Positions 1 through 10,600 of a stretch of 64,000 nucleotides of DNA are shown here, in pieces; positions within the stretch are counted from its first letter, which is position 1; every line of letters begins with the position of its first letter. A program made the translations under genes and the position numbers. This stretch comes from Amoebophrya sp. A120 (lineage: Eukaryota > Protista > Dinoflagellata). The stretch spans positions 2,769,715 through 2,833,714 of the forward strand of contig CAJINV010000003.1 of NCBI GenBank assembly GCA_905178155.1. Reading direction: 5' to 3'. The notes under the pieces are model-generated. The model saw only the letters and a program-made list of their open reading frames with translations. It did no database searches and was not told the DNA's origin.

Positions 1-699
1 CAATACAAATTGAAAAGAAATTGAAGCTGCGATATACAACTAGAAGCGAAAAAAAATATAAATGCCCGCGCCTGGCTATCAATATGCAGCTGTAGCGCTG
101 CATCTCGGTCTAGTAATATTTCTACCTGCGCCTGTGTCTAGTCGTATATCTATATGCATCATTTTTGAATCAAAAGACTCTAACTCATTTACCTGCTCTT
201 GCGTTTTGTCATTCCCAACCATCATGTTCTCGGTCCCAACGTCAGGAAGAGGAGCACGCGTTTCGTTCGCGTCATCAATAGCAGTTTCTCCAGCAACAAG
301 GCCACCACCCTTGCCGCCAGGGTTTTTAACTCGGCCACAACGCTTCGGAGGTTGCGGCTGGGCCGTATGCGCGTTCGCAGTCTTCTGCTGTGTTCAAGAA
401 ATGACTCGCAGGCTTGCTACGGACACCTGCAACCACGCCGCTCTAGCGGGTGCAGGTAGGAAACAAGCAGGAAAAAACATCGCCCACAGCCAGCGATCTG
501 CTCTGAAACAGACGAAAGTCCGCAGCTCCAGAGCCGTGATGTGGCAACTACGAAAGGACAGGACTCTTTTTTTCTCAAATAATGTATGACACACTGACAC
601 CCAAAGTTGAAATTTCGGAATTTTTGAATTCATTTTGAATTGGATTTGAAGCAGTTTTAATGTCATTAAAACTGCTTTTGAATTGGATTTTGAATGAGT
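1..699. repeat. Cassette duplicate of 8128-8826
   Basis: Identical sequence at offset 8127 (ORFs 62..589 and 8189..8716 are identical); both copies end at a 37-bp repeat. Confidence 0.95.
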
Positions 700-812
700 T
701 AACCTTGCACGAGGACGAGCTTAAAAATCTCCTCGCAGTAACGATCAAAATATCATGCGTCAAGAATTTCGTGATGCGGCGGAAATCCTGAGACAGAGCT
801 AATATCCGTAAC

Positions 813-1155
813 TCACCTGCGTAGGGTTTGTGCTCCAATAGGTATTGCCGATCGGACCACAAATCTTACGCAGGTGACTTCCAGCAATTTGTTCCCAAGG
901 ATTTTCGCCACATCAAATACTAACTCCTGGGATGTCTGCGCACATCCGAGAAGTTCTCGGATGTGAGCTGACACGTGAGGAATTCCTGGATGTGAGTTCA
1001 CGTCCGGGAGTTCCTCGGATGTGAAGTCCCATCCGAGAAGTTCTCGGATATGGGGTCCTGAGACCTAATTTCTGTAGGCTGCCTGCGTAAGATTTGTGCC
1101 CTGACCAGCAAAACCGATCTGAGCACCAATTTTATTCAGGTGACTCACAGAAATT
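813..1155. repeat. Cluster of hairpins/palindromes in cassette 1
   Basis: Long imperfect inverted repeats at 813-877 and 1067-1155 (related to each other) flank four ~25-bp palindromes, e.g. CACATCCGAGAAGTTCTCGGATGTG (941-965), 972-994, 999-1023, 1028-1054. Confidence 0.85.
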
Positions 1156-2175
1156 CATTTCCAATAGCAGGGCACTTCAAAGCAATTCGCTTTCAACGAG
1201 CAAGAGCGTAAGGCCGACTCCTGCCAGCCCGGCAGGAGAAGCGCGGCAGCCCCGCCGAAGACGGCTGCCCATTCTCCCCCAAGCTCGCACGCTGGCTGCT
1301 TCCCAGCCACAGGGTTCATGGCCTTCGGCCATTCCAAGCGACTGCGAGAGTGTGCAAGCTAAACCCCCCTCGCGGTTTGCTTCCATTTTTTTCAAACCTA
1401 AGCTTTCGGGAACAAGGGTAGGAACTAACTTCTGTAAGCCTTAAGAGAACATTGAACGAGGACGAGCTTAAAAATCTGCTCGCGGAAAAATTGCTGATGA
1501 GAAACCCGAAGTATCTCAACAGCGGAAGCCAGAACTTTCGCACTTTGAAGCTGCGGACGCTGCTTGCGGCTCCCGCTGCTGAGACAACCAATGCTGTGAG
1601 AATTGACAAGGGCGCAATGCGCGAAAAGAGCGACATGCGCTTCCCCTTGTTCCACACATGGCGTGCTGTTTTTCCTTAAGCTTTGTACGTGGAAAACACA
1701 GAGAAAAGCCGCACACCGCGAACGCGACAGTCACTTCTTTCAGCGCGGTACTCCGACTTCTTGCCTTTGAGGGTCGCAGAACCTCTCCGCGAGGTTCGCG
1801 CTAGAACTTGAGCCTCACATGGAGCTCCCGCTGCGGAGAGAATCGACAGGAGCTCGCGACCAGAGAAGTGGCCAGAGACCTGTTTCCGGGAATTCTGGAC
1901 AGAGATTCCTAATCCGCATTGCAAATTCGACAAGTCGCCTGCTTTAAGCAAGGTTCCTGCTCACCCGAGCGGATGGAGAAAAGCCGCACTAAAAACAGGC
2001 GAAGGAAGCGCGGCGGAGCGCGCTTGTCATGCCTGCAGGCCGCTGCTCTGCCGGCAGCGGCGCCGAGGGCTTTTTGCCTACCAGTGGCCCCGACCCGCGG
2101 AGGCCCGGCCGGGTGCGGACGCAAGCGCGGCCCGCCCCTCCCAACCCCACCTGGTGAGTGTGGTGCGGCTTTCCT

Positions 2176-2942
2176 CCGGGCGGTGTCCGGGAAAGCGGAC
2201 AGCGCTTGTCATGGGGCAGCACCAAGAAAAGGAAGCCGGAGCTTTTGGTGGCGCCGACCTCGTGCACGAGAACCTTGCACGAGGACGAGCTTAAAAATCT
2301 CCTCGCAGTACAAGAACAAGTAGTGTTTCAAGAAGCACTCGAAAGAGTGTTCATGAATGCTCGCTCGAAAGCGGCGGTAGAGAAATTTTTACTGGAAAAA
2401 GCGAAAAATAATTATATAGGAAAGATGTGAAAAGCTTACGTGATGGACCAGCTAAAACGGGACAACTAACTTCGCTAGAGACTTCGTTACTTCGGTAAGT
2501 AGCAACCTAGAGCGGTAGGACCTTCTTACTTTCCAGAACTCTTTTTTGTTTTTTAAGGTTTTAAGAGGTAAAGAACGTCGCAGTTGCGGTTTACGATCCT
2601 CGCTCCTCGCTAACAGTCTCAGCTTACTCTTGTTTTGCTAAACTTCGAACTCTTCACTCTTTGGTGAAAGCAAACAGACGTAGGGTGTTCAAACTGACTT
2701 GAGAGGGCCTATAACATCGGCAAAAGCCAAAAGTCATAAGATCTCTACCACATATCCTTGGAAATTCCCGGAGTCCCGCTTGAAAAGGAAGCTCTGGATC
2801 TATTTTTCTACCGTTCCCTACGACTATAAAAAAGAGAAGCGTGACAGGCGAGCGATAGTGTCTGTGCGCGAAAAATCCGCAGAGTGTCCTCTTTAGCATG
2901 TGCCGCCGCATCGATCGCATCCTGTGGGGTTGAAAACTGTTC
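2176..2942. repeat. 767-bp block duplicated at 4506-5272 (spans one 37-bp repeat)
   Basis: Near-identical at offset 2330 (about 4 substitutions seen); this copy is flanked by TCCGGG at 2175-2180 and 2941-2946. Confidence 0.92.
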
Positions 2943-3051
2943 CGGGTTTATGGTCTTGGTCTTGTAGACAGTCTTGCCTTTGTAGTCCTTCCCTCTTGCC
3001 TTTGTAGGGACGAAAACCTTGCACGAGGACGAGCTTAAAAATCTCCTAGAA

Positions 3052-3740
3052 AGGCACTGCGCTGGCCAGCTTGTTCGCCAGATTTCGCATGGCCGCTTTG
3101 CTGTCCGGCTCAGCTCCGTGCTTTCCGCGGCCGGGCCGTCAGGGTGCACTGCGTTCCATCCTCGTGCTCTGCCATCGGTGGTATCACGCCCGTGCACGAG
3201 AAGTTGCAGACTTTCGCCACGTCGTCGCTCGTTTTGCAATTCCGGCACTCCACCGCCACCTGCCGCGACTGTCTCACAGTAATCTTCCACTCCCCCGCAG
3301 GGCATTTCGTCTTGATTGACTCCTTGCAACGCTGTAGACCGATCTTCTTCCCAGTGTCTTCTTCGACCTCTCTCCAACTTTGCGGAACTTCAAAGGTCAG
3401 CGTGAGGACCTCCTCATCTTCGGAATCGGCTCGCGCTTCCTGGTCCTCCTCGCCCCGCGAATAGTCATCAATCTGTGATGTGCTTTATTTGAAAATACCT
3501 GGCCGCTCCACCCGGTCCGCTCCACAGGTCATGTCCCGAAAACCGGCAACGCGGATGATGCCCATGTCTTTGGCCGAAGACGCAGGTCGAGAACGGGGAA
3601 CAAGGCCCGGACTAATTTTCTTCTTTCGTTATCCTTACCTCCGAAATAAGGAGAAACGGAACCAACATCACAGGACATGAGACCTACGGAGTATCAAAGG
3701 AAAGACTTACCTGACGGCGGCAGTCGGTGATGCTTCGACA
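3052..3740 (-). pseudogene. Captured fragment of an unknown protein-coding gene
   Basis: Minus-strand open frame ...EEDQEARADSEDEEVLTLTFEVPQSWREVEEDTGKKIGLQRCKESIKTKC...ECRNCKTSDDVAKVC... and a CAG|GTAAGT donor near 3710, all inside one cassette. Confidence 0.45.
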
Positions 3741-3949
3741 GCACCTGGCTCCTTCCTTCTTCTTGATTGCACTAACTTGATTCTACTAACCTGATCCTAT
3801 CACTAACCTGATCCTATCCTAAACCTGATTCCATAAACGTGATCCCAGGTTGATAACGTGATTCCGCTTCCAACCGTTTTCAATAGCACGAGCTTAATTG
3901 CAAGAGGACGAGAACCTTGCACGAGGACGAGCTTAAAAATCTGCTCGCA

Positions 3950-4600
3950 ATTACAATTGCAATCTATTCACTTCGGCGGGTGGTGGTTGGCGGTGGCCTC
4001 TTCGCATGTGGCTCACTAGACCGGGGCAGGGAACGACGCAACGCTATGCACCACGGGCACGCGACTACCAAATGCCAGTGTGGACGCCAAACCGGGCAGG
4101 AGCGCATGCCCATTAAGCTACCTATTTGTATCAGTTTCTTACGACTAGTGGACCAAGCTAACCTTCACCTTAACCCTCTGGGGCGATTATGTAACTCGGC
4201 GGGGCTGGGTGCAGCGCATACAAACTCCTGCTGCTTAAGCTACGTTTTTTTGCCCAAGTTCATAAGGAACTTTTTCCACAGCTTCTTTTCTTTAACTTTT
4301 CTGTTTTTCAGAACTGCGCGCTGTGAGGTTTCTTACAACTTAGCTTTTGGCGAAGAACAAAAACAGAGAGTCGATAAATCATTGCACCTCTCACCCTACT
4401 AGTAAACTAACCAAACTACCTCCCCCGGTCGCGCTACGTGCCGAGCATCTCTACTGCACCTGATCCGCACAGGTGTCGCTACTTTCATTTCATTACCTTA
4501 CTGCACCGGGCGGTGTCCGGGAAAGCGGACAGCGCTTGTCATGGGGCAGCACCAAGAAAAGGAAGCCGGAGCTTTTGGTGGCGCCGACCTCGTGCACGAG
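3950..4600. repeat. Cassette duplicate of 5581-6231
   Basis: Near-identical 651-bp spacers at offset 1631, bounded on both sides by the 37-bp repeat. Confidence 0.95.
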
Positions 4601-6271
4601 AACCTTGCACGAGGACGAGCTTAAAAATCTCCTCGCAGTACAAGTACAAGTAGTGTTTCAAGAAGCACTCGAAAGAGTGTTCATGAATGCTCGCTCGAAA
4701 GCGGCGGTAGAGAAATTTTTACTGGAAAAAGCGAAAAATAATTATATAGGAAAGATGTGAAAAGCTTACGTGATGGACCAGCTAAAACGGGACAACTAAC
4801 TTCGCTAGAGACTTCGTTACTTCGGTAAGTAGCAACCTAGAGCGGTAGGACCTTCTTACTTTCCAGAACTCTTTTTTGTTTTTTAAGGTTTTAAGAGGTA
4901 AAGAACGTCGCAGCTGCGGTTTACGATCCTCGCTCCTCGCTAACAGTCTCAGCTTACTCTTGTTTTGCTAAACTTCGAACTCTTCACTCTTTGGTGAAAG
5001 CAAACAGACGTAGGGTGTTCAAACTGACTTGAGAGGGCCTATAACATCGGCAAAAGCCAAAAGTCATAAGATCTCTACCACATATCCTTGGAAATTCCCG
5101 GAGTCCCGCTTGAAAAGGAAGCTCTGGATCTATTTTTCTACCGTTCCCTACGACTATAAAAAAGAGAAGCGTGACAGGCGAGCGCTAGTGTCTGTGCGCG
5201 AAAAATCCGCAGAATGTCCTCTTTAGCATGTGCCGCCGCATCGATCGCATCCTGTGGGGTTGAAAACTGTTCGATCGCGTCCTACAGGTTTCCGCATCCG
5301 GGCTCGATGGTTATCCCCTCCGCCTTCGGGCGGGCCATGCACGCGGCGCTATTAGTGATCGCGAGCGCCTTCAAGTGGAAGGGCGCCCGCTTCAGCTTCG
5401 CCTGGTTTTCGGCAGTGCAGCGGCAACAGCCGGAGCCGGAGACCCTACTTCTACTTCATTACCTAGCTACATTATCTATCTAGTTTAGTAGCTCCCTTGA
5501 GCTAGATAATGGATACGCACAATAGTTTTCAATAGAGGACGAGAACATTGAACGAGGACGAGCTTAAAAATCTGCTCGCAATTACAATTGCAATTTATTC
5601 ACTTCGGCGGGTGGTGGTTGGCGGTGGCCTCTTCGCATGTGGCTCACTAGACCGGGGCAGGGAACGACGCAACGCTATGCACCACGGGCACGCGACTACC
5701 AAATGCCAGTGTGGACGCCAAACCGGGCAGGAGCGCATGCCCATTAAGCTACCTATTTGTATCAGTTTCTTACGACTAGTGGACCAAGCTAACCTTCACC
5801 TTAACCCTCTGGGGCGATTATGTAACTCGGCGGGGCTGGGTGCAGCGCATACAAACTCCTGCTGCTTAAGCTACGTTTTTTTGCCCAAGTTCATAAGGAA
5901 CTTTTTCCACAGCTTCTTTTCTTTAACTTTTCTGTTTTTCAGAACTGCGCGCTGTGAGGTTTCTTACAACTTAGCTTTTGGCGAAGAACAAAAACAGAGA
6001 GTCGATAAATCATTGCACCTCTCACCCTACTAGTAAACTAACCAAACTACCTCCCCCGGTCGCGCTACGTGCCGAGCATCTCTACTGCACCTGATCCGCA
6101 CAGGTGTCGCTACTTTCATTTCATTACCTTACTGCACCGGGCGGTGTCCGGGAAAGCGGACAGCGCTTGTCATGGGGCAGCACCAAGAAAAGGAAGCCGG
6201 AGCTTTTGGTGGCGCCGACCTCGTGCACGAGAACCTTGCACGAGGACGAGCTTAAAAATCTCCTCGCAATA

Positions 6272-7650
6272 CCGTACTCGATGGTCCGCAGGGAGTGCGA
6301 CACGCCCTCGATCGCGTCCACAATCGGGCACGCAAAGTCGTAGGTTGGGTAAGCCTTGTACTTCGTGCCGTGCCTAGGGAGAGTGAAAAGCAATAGAATT
6401 ATGTCGTTGAAAATGAATACTTAAATCTCGGATAGTATAGTCGATTTAGTTGGCCAGAGCGGTGGCGATGTCTCATCGAAAAATGTAGATGTAGAAAGTG
6501 AAAGAAAATAATATGTGCTACGTATCTATAGATACAATCTTCGTTGTGCGGAGGCAGCAGCTCCTGTGACGCAAGGGCAAGAATCGAATTCGAAAGGATC
6601 GAAAAAAATAAAACCCAACTACAGTGTCACTTACCTGTGATGGGGCACGTCGGTTTTGCAGCGGTAGAAGACGGGGTCGCGGAGGCACTTGACTGGGTCC
6701 TTCATGTTCATTTTTCCGCGGACACAGCAGGTCAGGCCGGTCTTGGTCCCGGCGAGCATTTCCTTCCAAAGCTCTAAATTTTTCTCGACACTGAACTTCC
6801 GGCATGCGCTTTCCACGCCGTTGTCACGCTCGTCGCGCATCTTCTCGACGGGAGTGTCGTCTACGTACGCGTCACCGTTCTTCAGCAACTTCTCCATCAG
6901 TTCCTGCAGCTTGGGAAAGTAGTCCGAGGTGTGACTCACGAAGTCCGGAACAATGCCCAGGCTTTTGCTATCCTCCAATATCGTGTCCTCGAACTCTTGC
7001 TTTTCCTGGTGTTGAGAAAAATCAAGCATCGCATACTCCCTTTTTCTTTCATATTTTCTTCCCTTCTGAAGAGGAGATAAAAGTAAAACAAAGAGGAGAA
7101 TGTATCAGAAAAGAAAACCAATGCATGGTTGGCCGCAGCGAAAAAATCAAACTCTGAAGCGGATTTTTTAGATCATTCCTGGCGGACCACAGCAAAGACA
7201 AAATCGGCGCTGTAGACTACTTACCTTGCTGGGGTTCGTGTCGTCGAATCGGATGATAAGCTTTCCCTCATACATGCGCGCATAAGCGTTGTTCAGCAGC
7301 GCGGCCTTAGCGTGGCCGATGTGCATGTAACCACTGGGCTCGGGGGGGAATCGCGTGCACACTTTGCCCATGACAGCGTTCGGCAACTTGCCTTCAATAT
7401 TTGCTTCGTCCTTCCCCTTGGCACCGCCGCCGGTAGATGATGAGGCATTGTTTTTGTTGTTCATCTGCGCCGCGGACCCTGGCTTGTTGTTTCCGCCTTG
7501 CGGTTTATGTGCGGAGAAGGCGAAAGGCCGCTGCCTTTGGAGTGCGTGGATGTGGAGCGCCCAGCGGTAGGTGGAGGGCAATTTCTGCATATCTGGGATC
7601 TTGCCGTTCAACTTGGCCAAGCAATCCAGATCGGCAGGCGAAAAATCCGC
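6272..7650 (-). pseudogene. GUS1: Truncated internal fragment of a cytosolic (eukaryote-type) glutamyl-tRNA synthetase gene with introns retained
   Basis: Exons ~7650-7225 ([23 protein letters not shown] motif; RFDDTNPSK), 7005-6635 (EKQEFED...SHTSDYF...LRDPVFYRC), 6373-6272 ([33 protein letters not shown]); GT-AG introns at 7224-7006 and 6634-6374. Cut off by 37-bp repeats on both sides; no KMSKS region or anticodon-binding domain. Confidence 0.9.
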
Positions 7651-10600
7651 TCTATGGATGTGTCAGGTTTGAAATCGACAAAGTTGAAATAACTTGTAAT
7701 GCATAAAATCGATACCAGTTGGAAGCCCAATTTCGAAGCGGTGCATGACAAATTTCGGCACCGTGTAAATCCAGTTTGTCATGCTGTTCAGGGACAGAAG
7801 GCGTCTGAACCTTGCACGAGGACGAGCTTAAAAATCTGCTCGCCCATCTTCGGCAATCTTCGGCAACTCGACCATCTTCGGCACGTCGGTCCGCTTTCCG
7901 CCATTCATAAAATCGCCTAGCGTTCGTTCCAACACCGATGGGTCGTGGCCTGCTTTTCTCGGTGCGAGTACCTGTATTAGTGCTTTTGTATTCGAGAGGA
8001 CGTCCGATTCCGAAATCGACCAGAGGCACACACATACACATCAAGTCAAGCTTGCGCCATACAGAACAAAGAGACTGAATCACCAGACTGCGCGCACGTG
8101 AAGTGAAGCGATGCATGGCAGCAATCGCAATACAAATTGAAAAGAAATTGAAGCTGCGATATACAACTAGAAGCGAAAAAAAATATAAATGCCCGCGCCT
8201 GGCTATCAATATGCAGCTGTAGCGCTGCATCTCGGTCTAGTAATATTTCTACCTGCGCCTGTGTCTAGTCGTATATCTATATGCATCATTTTTGAATCAA
8301 AAGACTCTAACTCATTTACCTGCTCTTGCGTTTTGTCATTCCCAACCATCATGTTCTCGGTCCCAACGTCAGGAAGAGGAGCACGCGTTTCGTTCGCGTC
8401 ATCAATAGCAGTTTCTCCAGCAACAAGGCCACCACCCTTGCCGCCAGGGTTTTTAACTCGGCCACAACGCTTCGGAGGTTGCGGCTGGGCCGTATGCGCG
8501 TTCGCAGTCTTCTGCTGTGTTCAAGAAATGACTCGCAGGCTTGCTACGGACACCTGCAACCACGCCGCTCTAGCGGGTGCAGGTAGGAAACAAGCAGGAA
8601 AAAACATCGCCCACAGCCAGCGATCTGCTCTGAAACAGACGAAAGTCCGCAGCTCCAGAGCCGTGATGTGGCAACTACGAAAGGACAGGACTCTTTTTTT
8701 CTCAAATAATGTATGACACACTGACACCCAAAGTTGAAATTTCGGAATTTTTGAATTCATTTTGAATTGGATTTGAAGCAGTTTTAATGTCATTAAAACT
8801 GCTTTTGAATTGGATTTTGAATGAGTCTGAACCTTGAACGAGGACGAGCTTAAAAATCTCCTCGCAATACCGATCGCAATTATGGACGCACACTCGTTTA
8901 TTCCGGTACCATCACGACTACGATAGCTATCGGGAAATATTCACGATAGCTAGCGGAAACGAGTCCGCTGCCGCTTTAGGTTGTGCCGTTTAGAGCCCGA
9001 CGGGGCACCTCAAACAACGCCGCAAAAAGGGCTCTGTGCACGTGCAGGCGCCGGCGCGGTTCACGCCCGATCTCGGCCTCGGTACTTTCCTACCGCTGTT
9101 ACCAGGTGCGATTTACACTGTGGCGCCCCGTTTGGAAATAAGGCTTTGCGCCCCCGGCAAAGAGGGCCGAAGAGAACATATAAACGACGGCCACCAGAGC
9201 AATTCACATGGCAAGACAAGCGCACACATATCTATGTCCGCATCAATCAATCAATCAATAGAGCATTTTGTCCGCATACAAAACACAAACGGAGCATGCA
9301 GCCGCGCTCCATAGCGCGGCCGGGCGCCTTGCCAATACCGACTCGCCGTGCGCGTGCGACAACAGGGCAGCTGGCTGCCGGCTTCGCGTCGGGCCACGAC
9401 TCCCTAATAAGACTAGTACACTGACAAAGTTAGACGGCCGGCACTGCACCGGGCTAGGTCCCCTCCGCAGCGCAATGCGCATGCAATGCGCCGCTGCCGA
9501 GCTCCGGCGGCCCGGCCCAACACACACGCTGCGCGTCGATTCTTGGGGAGGGGGGCCTGGGTCAGGCCACAGTCGCTACCGCTAGACCCACGCCAAGGAA
9601 CAAATAAAAGTGAAAGGACGAAAATTGGCCCGAGCAGTCCCCGCGCGCCCGAGGTTGCTGACCTTCCATTCGCCCCTGCCTAGCAAGAAACGCGTGGTGG
9701 TCTCGGTGGCCGTGAGTCCCACGGGGTCTGCGCCAACCATGACCCGAAGATAATATGAACTGGGCAGGCACGCACCCACGTTGTCGCACAGCGGCAGTGC
9801 GCGTCTCGCTCGCAGGGCCAAGAAAGGTGCGGCCCAACCCCCCGCGCAGAGCTATCGCCCACCTGGGAAAAACCTTGCTCTGGAACGGGGGCCGGCCAAG
9901 AAAAAAAAGGCTGCGCAGACGAGGGCCAACCAGGCCGGGGTTCCCGATTCTAGCGGCGAAACAGCTCGGGCGAAGGTGTTTCGACGTCGAAACACCTCCG
10001 CGCGACCTGTTTCGACGATAGAATCGGCCGGGAGAGCGCCTTGGCCCAACCTGTTTCGCCGATTAAGTCGGGACGCTGGGCCCGGGCTGCTGCGCGTTGA
10101 CGGCGCCCGCACGACAGAAACAGAACAGGAAATGGGGGAAAGCTCCGCGGCAAAGGGCCACAACTGTTCATAACCTATTTCCGGCGGAAGTTGACGAGAA
10201 AAGCCGCCCGGCCAGTGCGTGCTGGCACTGGCAACCGTCGAACAAAGGGGCGAAACAAAGGAGCCGGGCGCCTGCCGAAAAGCAGAAACCAGGCCGCATT
10301 GGCTTTCCGGGAAGGCCGGAGAGCGCGCCGGGCCCGACAAGGTGGGGCGCCGACCCAATGCCATTGGTTCTCTTATGCGCCGGCGCGCATCCTTTTCCCG
10401 CTGGGAGCCAAGAAACAGAAAACACAGCGCGGCAGCTGGACGGCTGCCACGGACAGAGCACGCACCTCCTGCCCCCCGCCGGCAGAGGGGGGCCCGCGTG
10501 CGTTCGGCGCTAGTCCCGGCTGCGGTAAAATACTTACCACGCCCCAGACGAAAACCTTGCACGAGGACGAGGTTAAAAATCTCCTCGCAGTAACGATCGC

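Larger units (their letters stand above)
701..10589 (+). repeat. Array of 11 direct copies of a 37-bp conserved repeat separating 0.65-1.7 kb variable cassettes
   Basis: Consensus AAC(C/A)TTG(C/A)ACGAGGACGAG(C/G)TTAAAAATCT(C/G)CTCGCA at 701-737, 1448-1484, 2271-2307, 3015-3051, 3913-3949, 4601-4637, 5544-5580, 6232-6268, 7808-7844, 8830-8866, 10553-10589. Spacers are 710, 786, 707, 861, 651, 906, 651, 1539, 985 and 1686 bp. The array probably continues left of the window. Confidence 0.95.

Noticed and set aside
701-737. 37-mer as a sequencing adapter or mate-pair linker
   Set aside because: It does not match the Illumina/Nextera, 454, PacBio or ONT adapters I recall. Copies carry recurrent variants and related ragged flanks, which a synthetic linker would not. 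A UniVec search is still advisable.
3785-3835. Short tandem repeat CTAACCTGATCCTAT as telomeric repeat
   Set aside because: Only 2-3 degenerate units inside a cassette; not a TTAGGG/TTTAGGG tract.
62-6377. Plus-strand ORFs in the array (e.g. 62..589, 3917..4402, 5548..6033)
   Set aside because: Several start at TTG inside the repeat, others are antisense shadows; no recognisable protein features.
7808-7844. Repeat (minus strand ...ATTTTTAAGCTC...CAAG|GT) as a dinoflagellate spliced leader on retrocopies
   Set aside because: Only superficial similarity to DinoSL (CCGTAGCCATTTTGGCTCAAG), and the adjacent cassette retains introns and starts mid-gene.
701-10589. Bona fide CRISPR array
   Set aside because: Repeat length fits, but spacers are 650-1700 bp, there are no cas genes and the context is eukaryotic.
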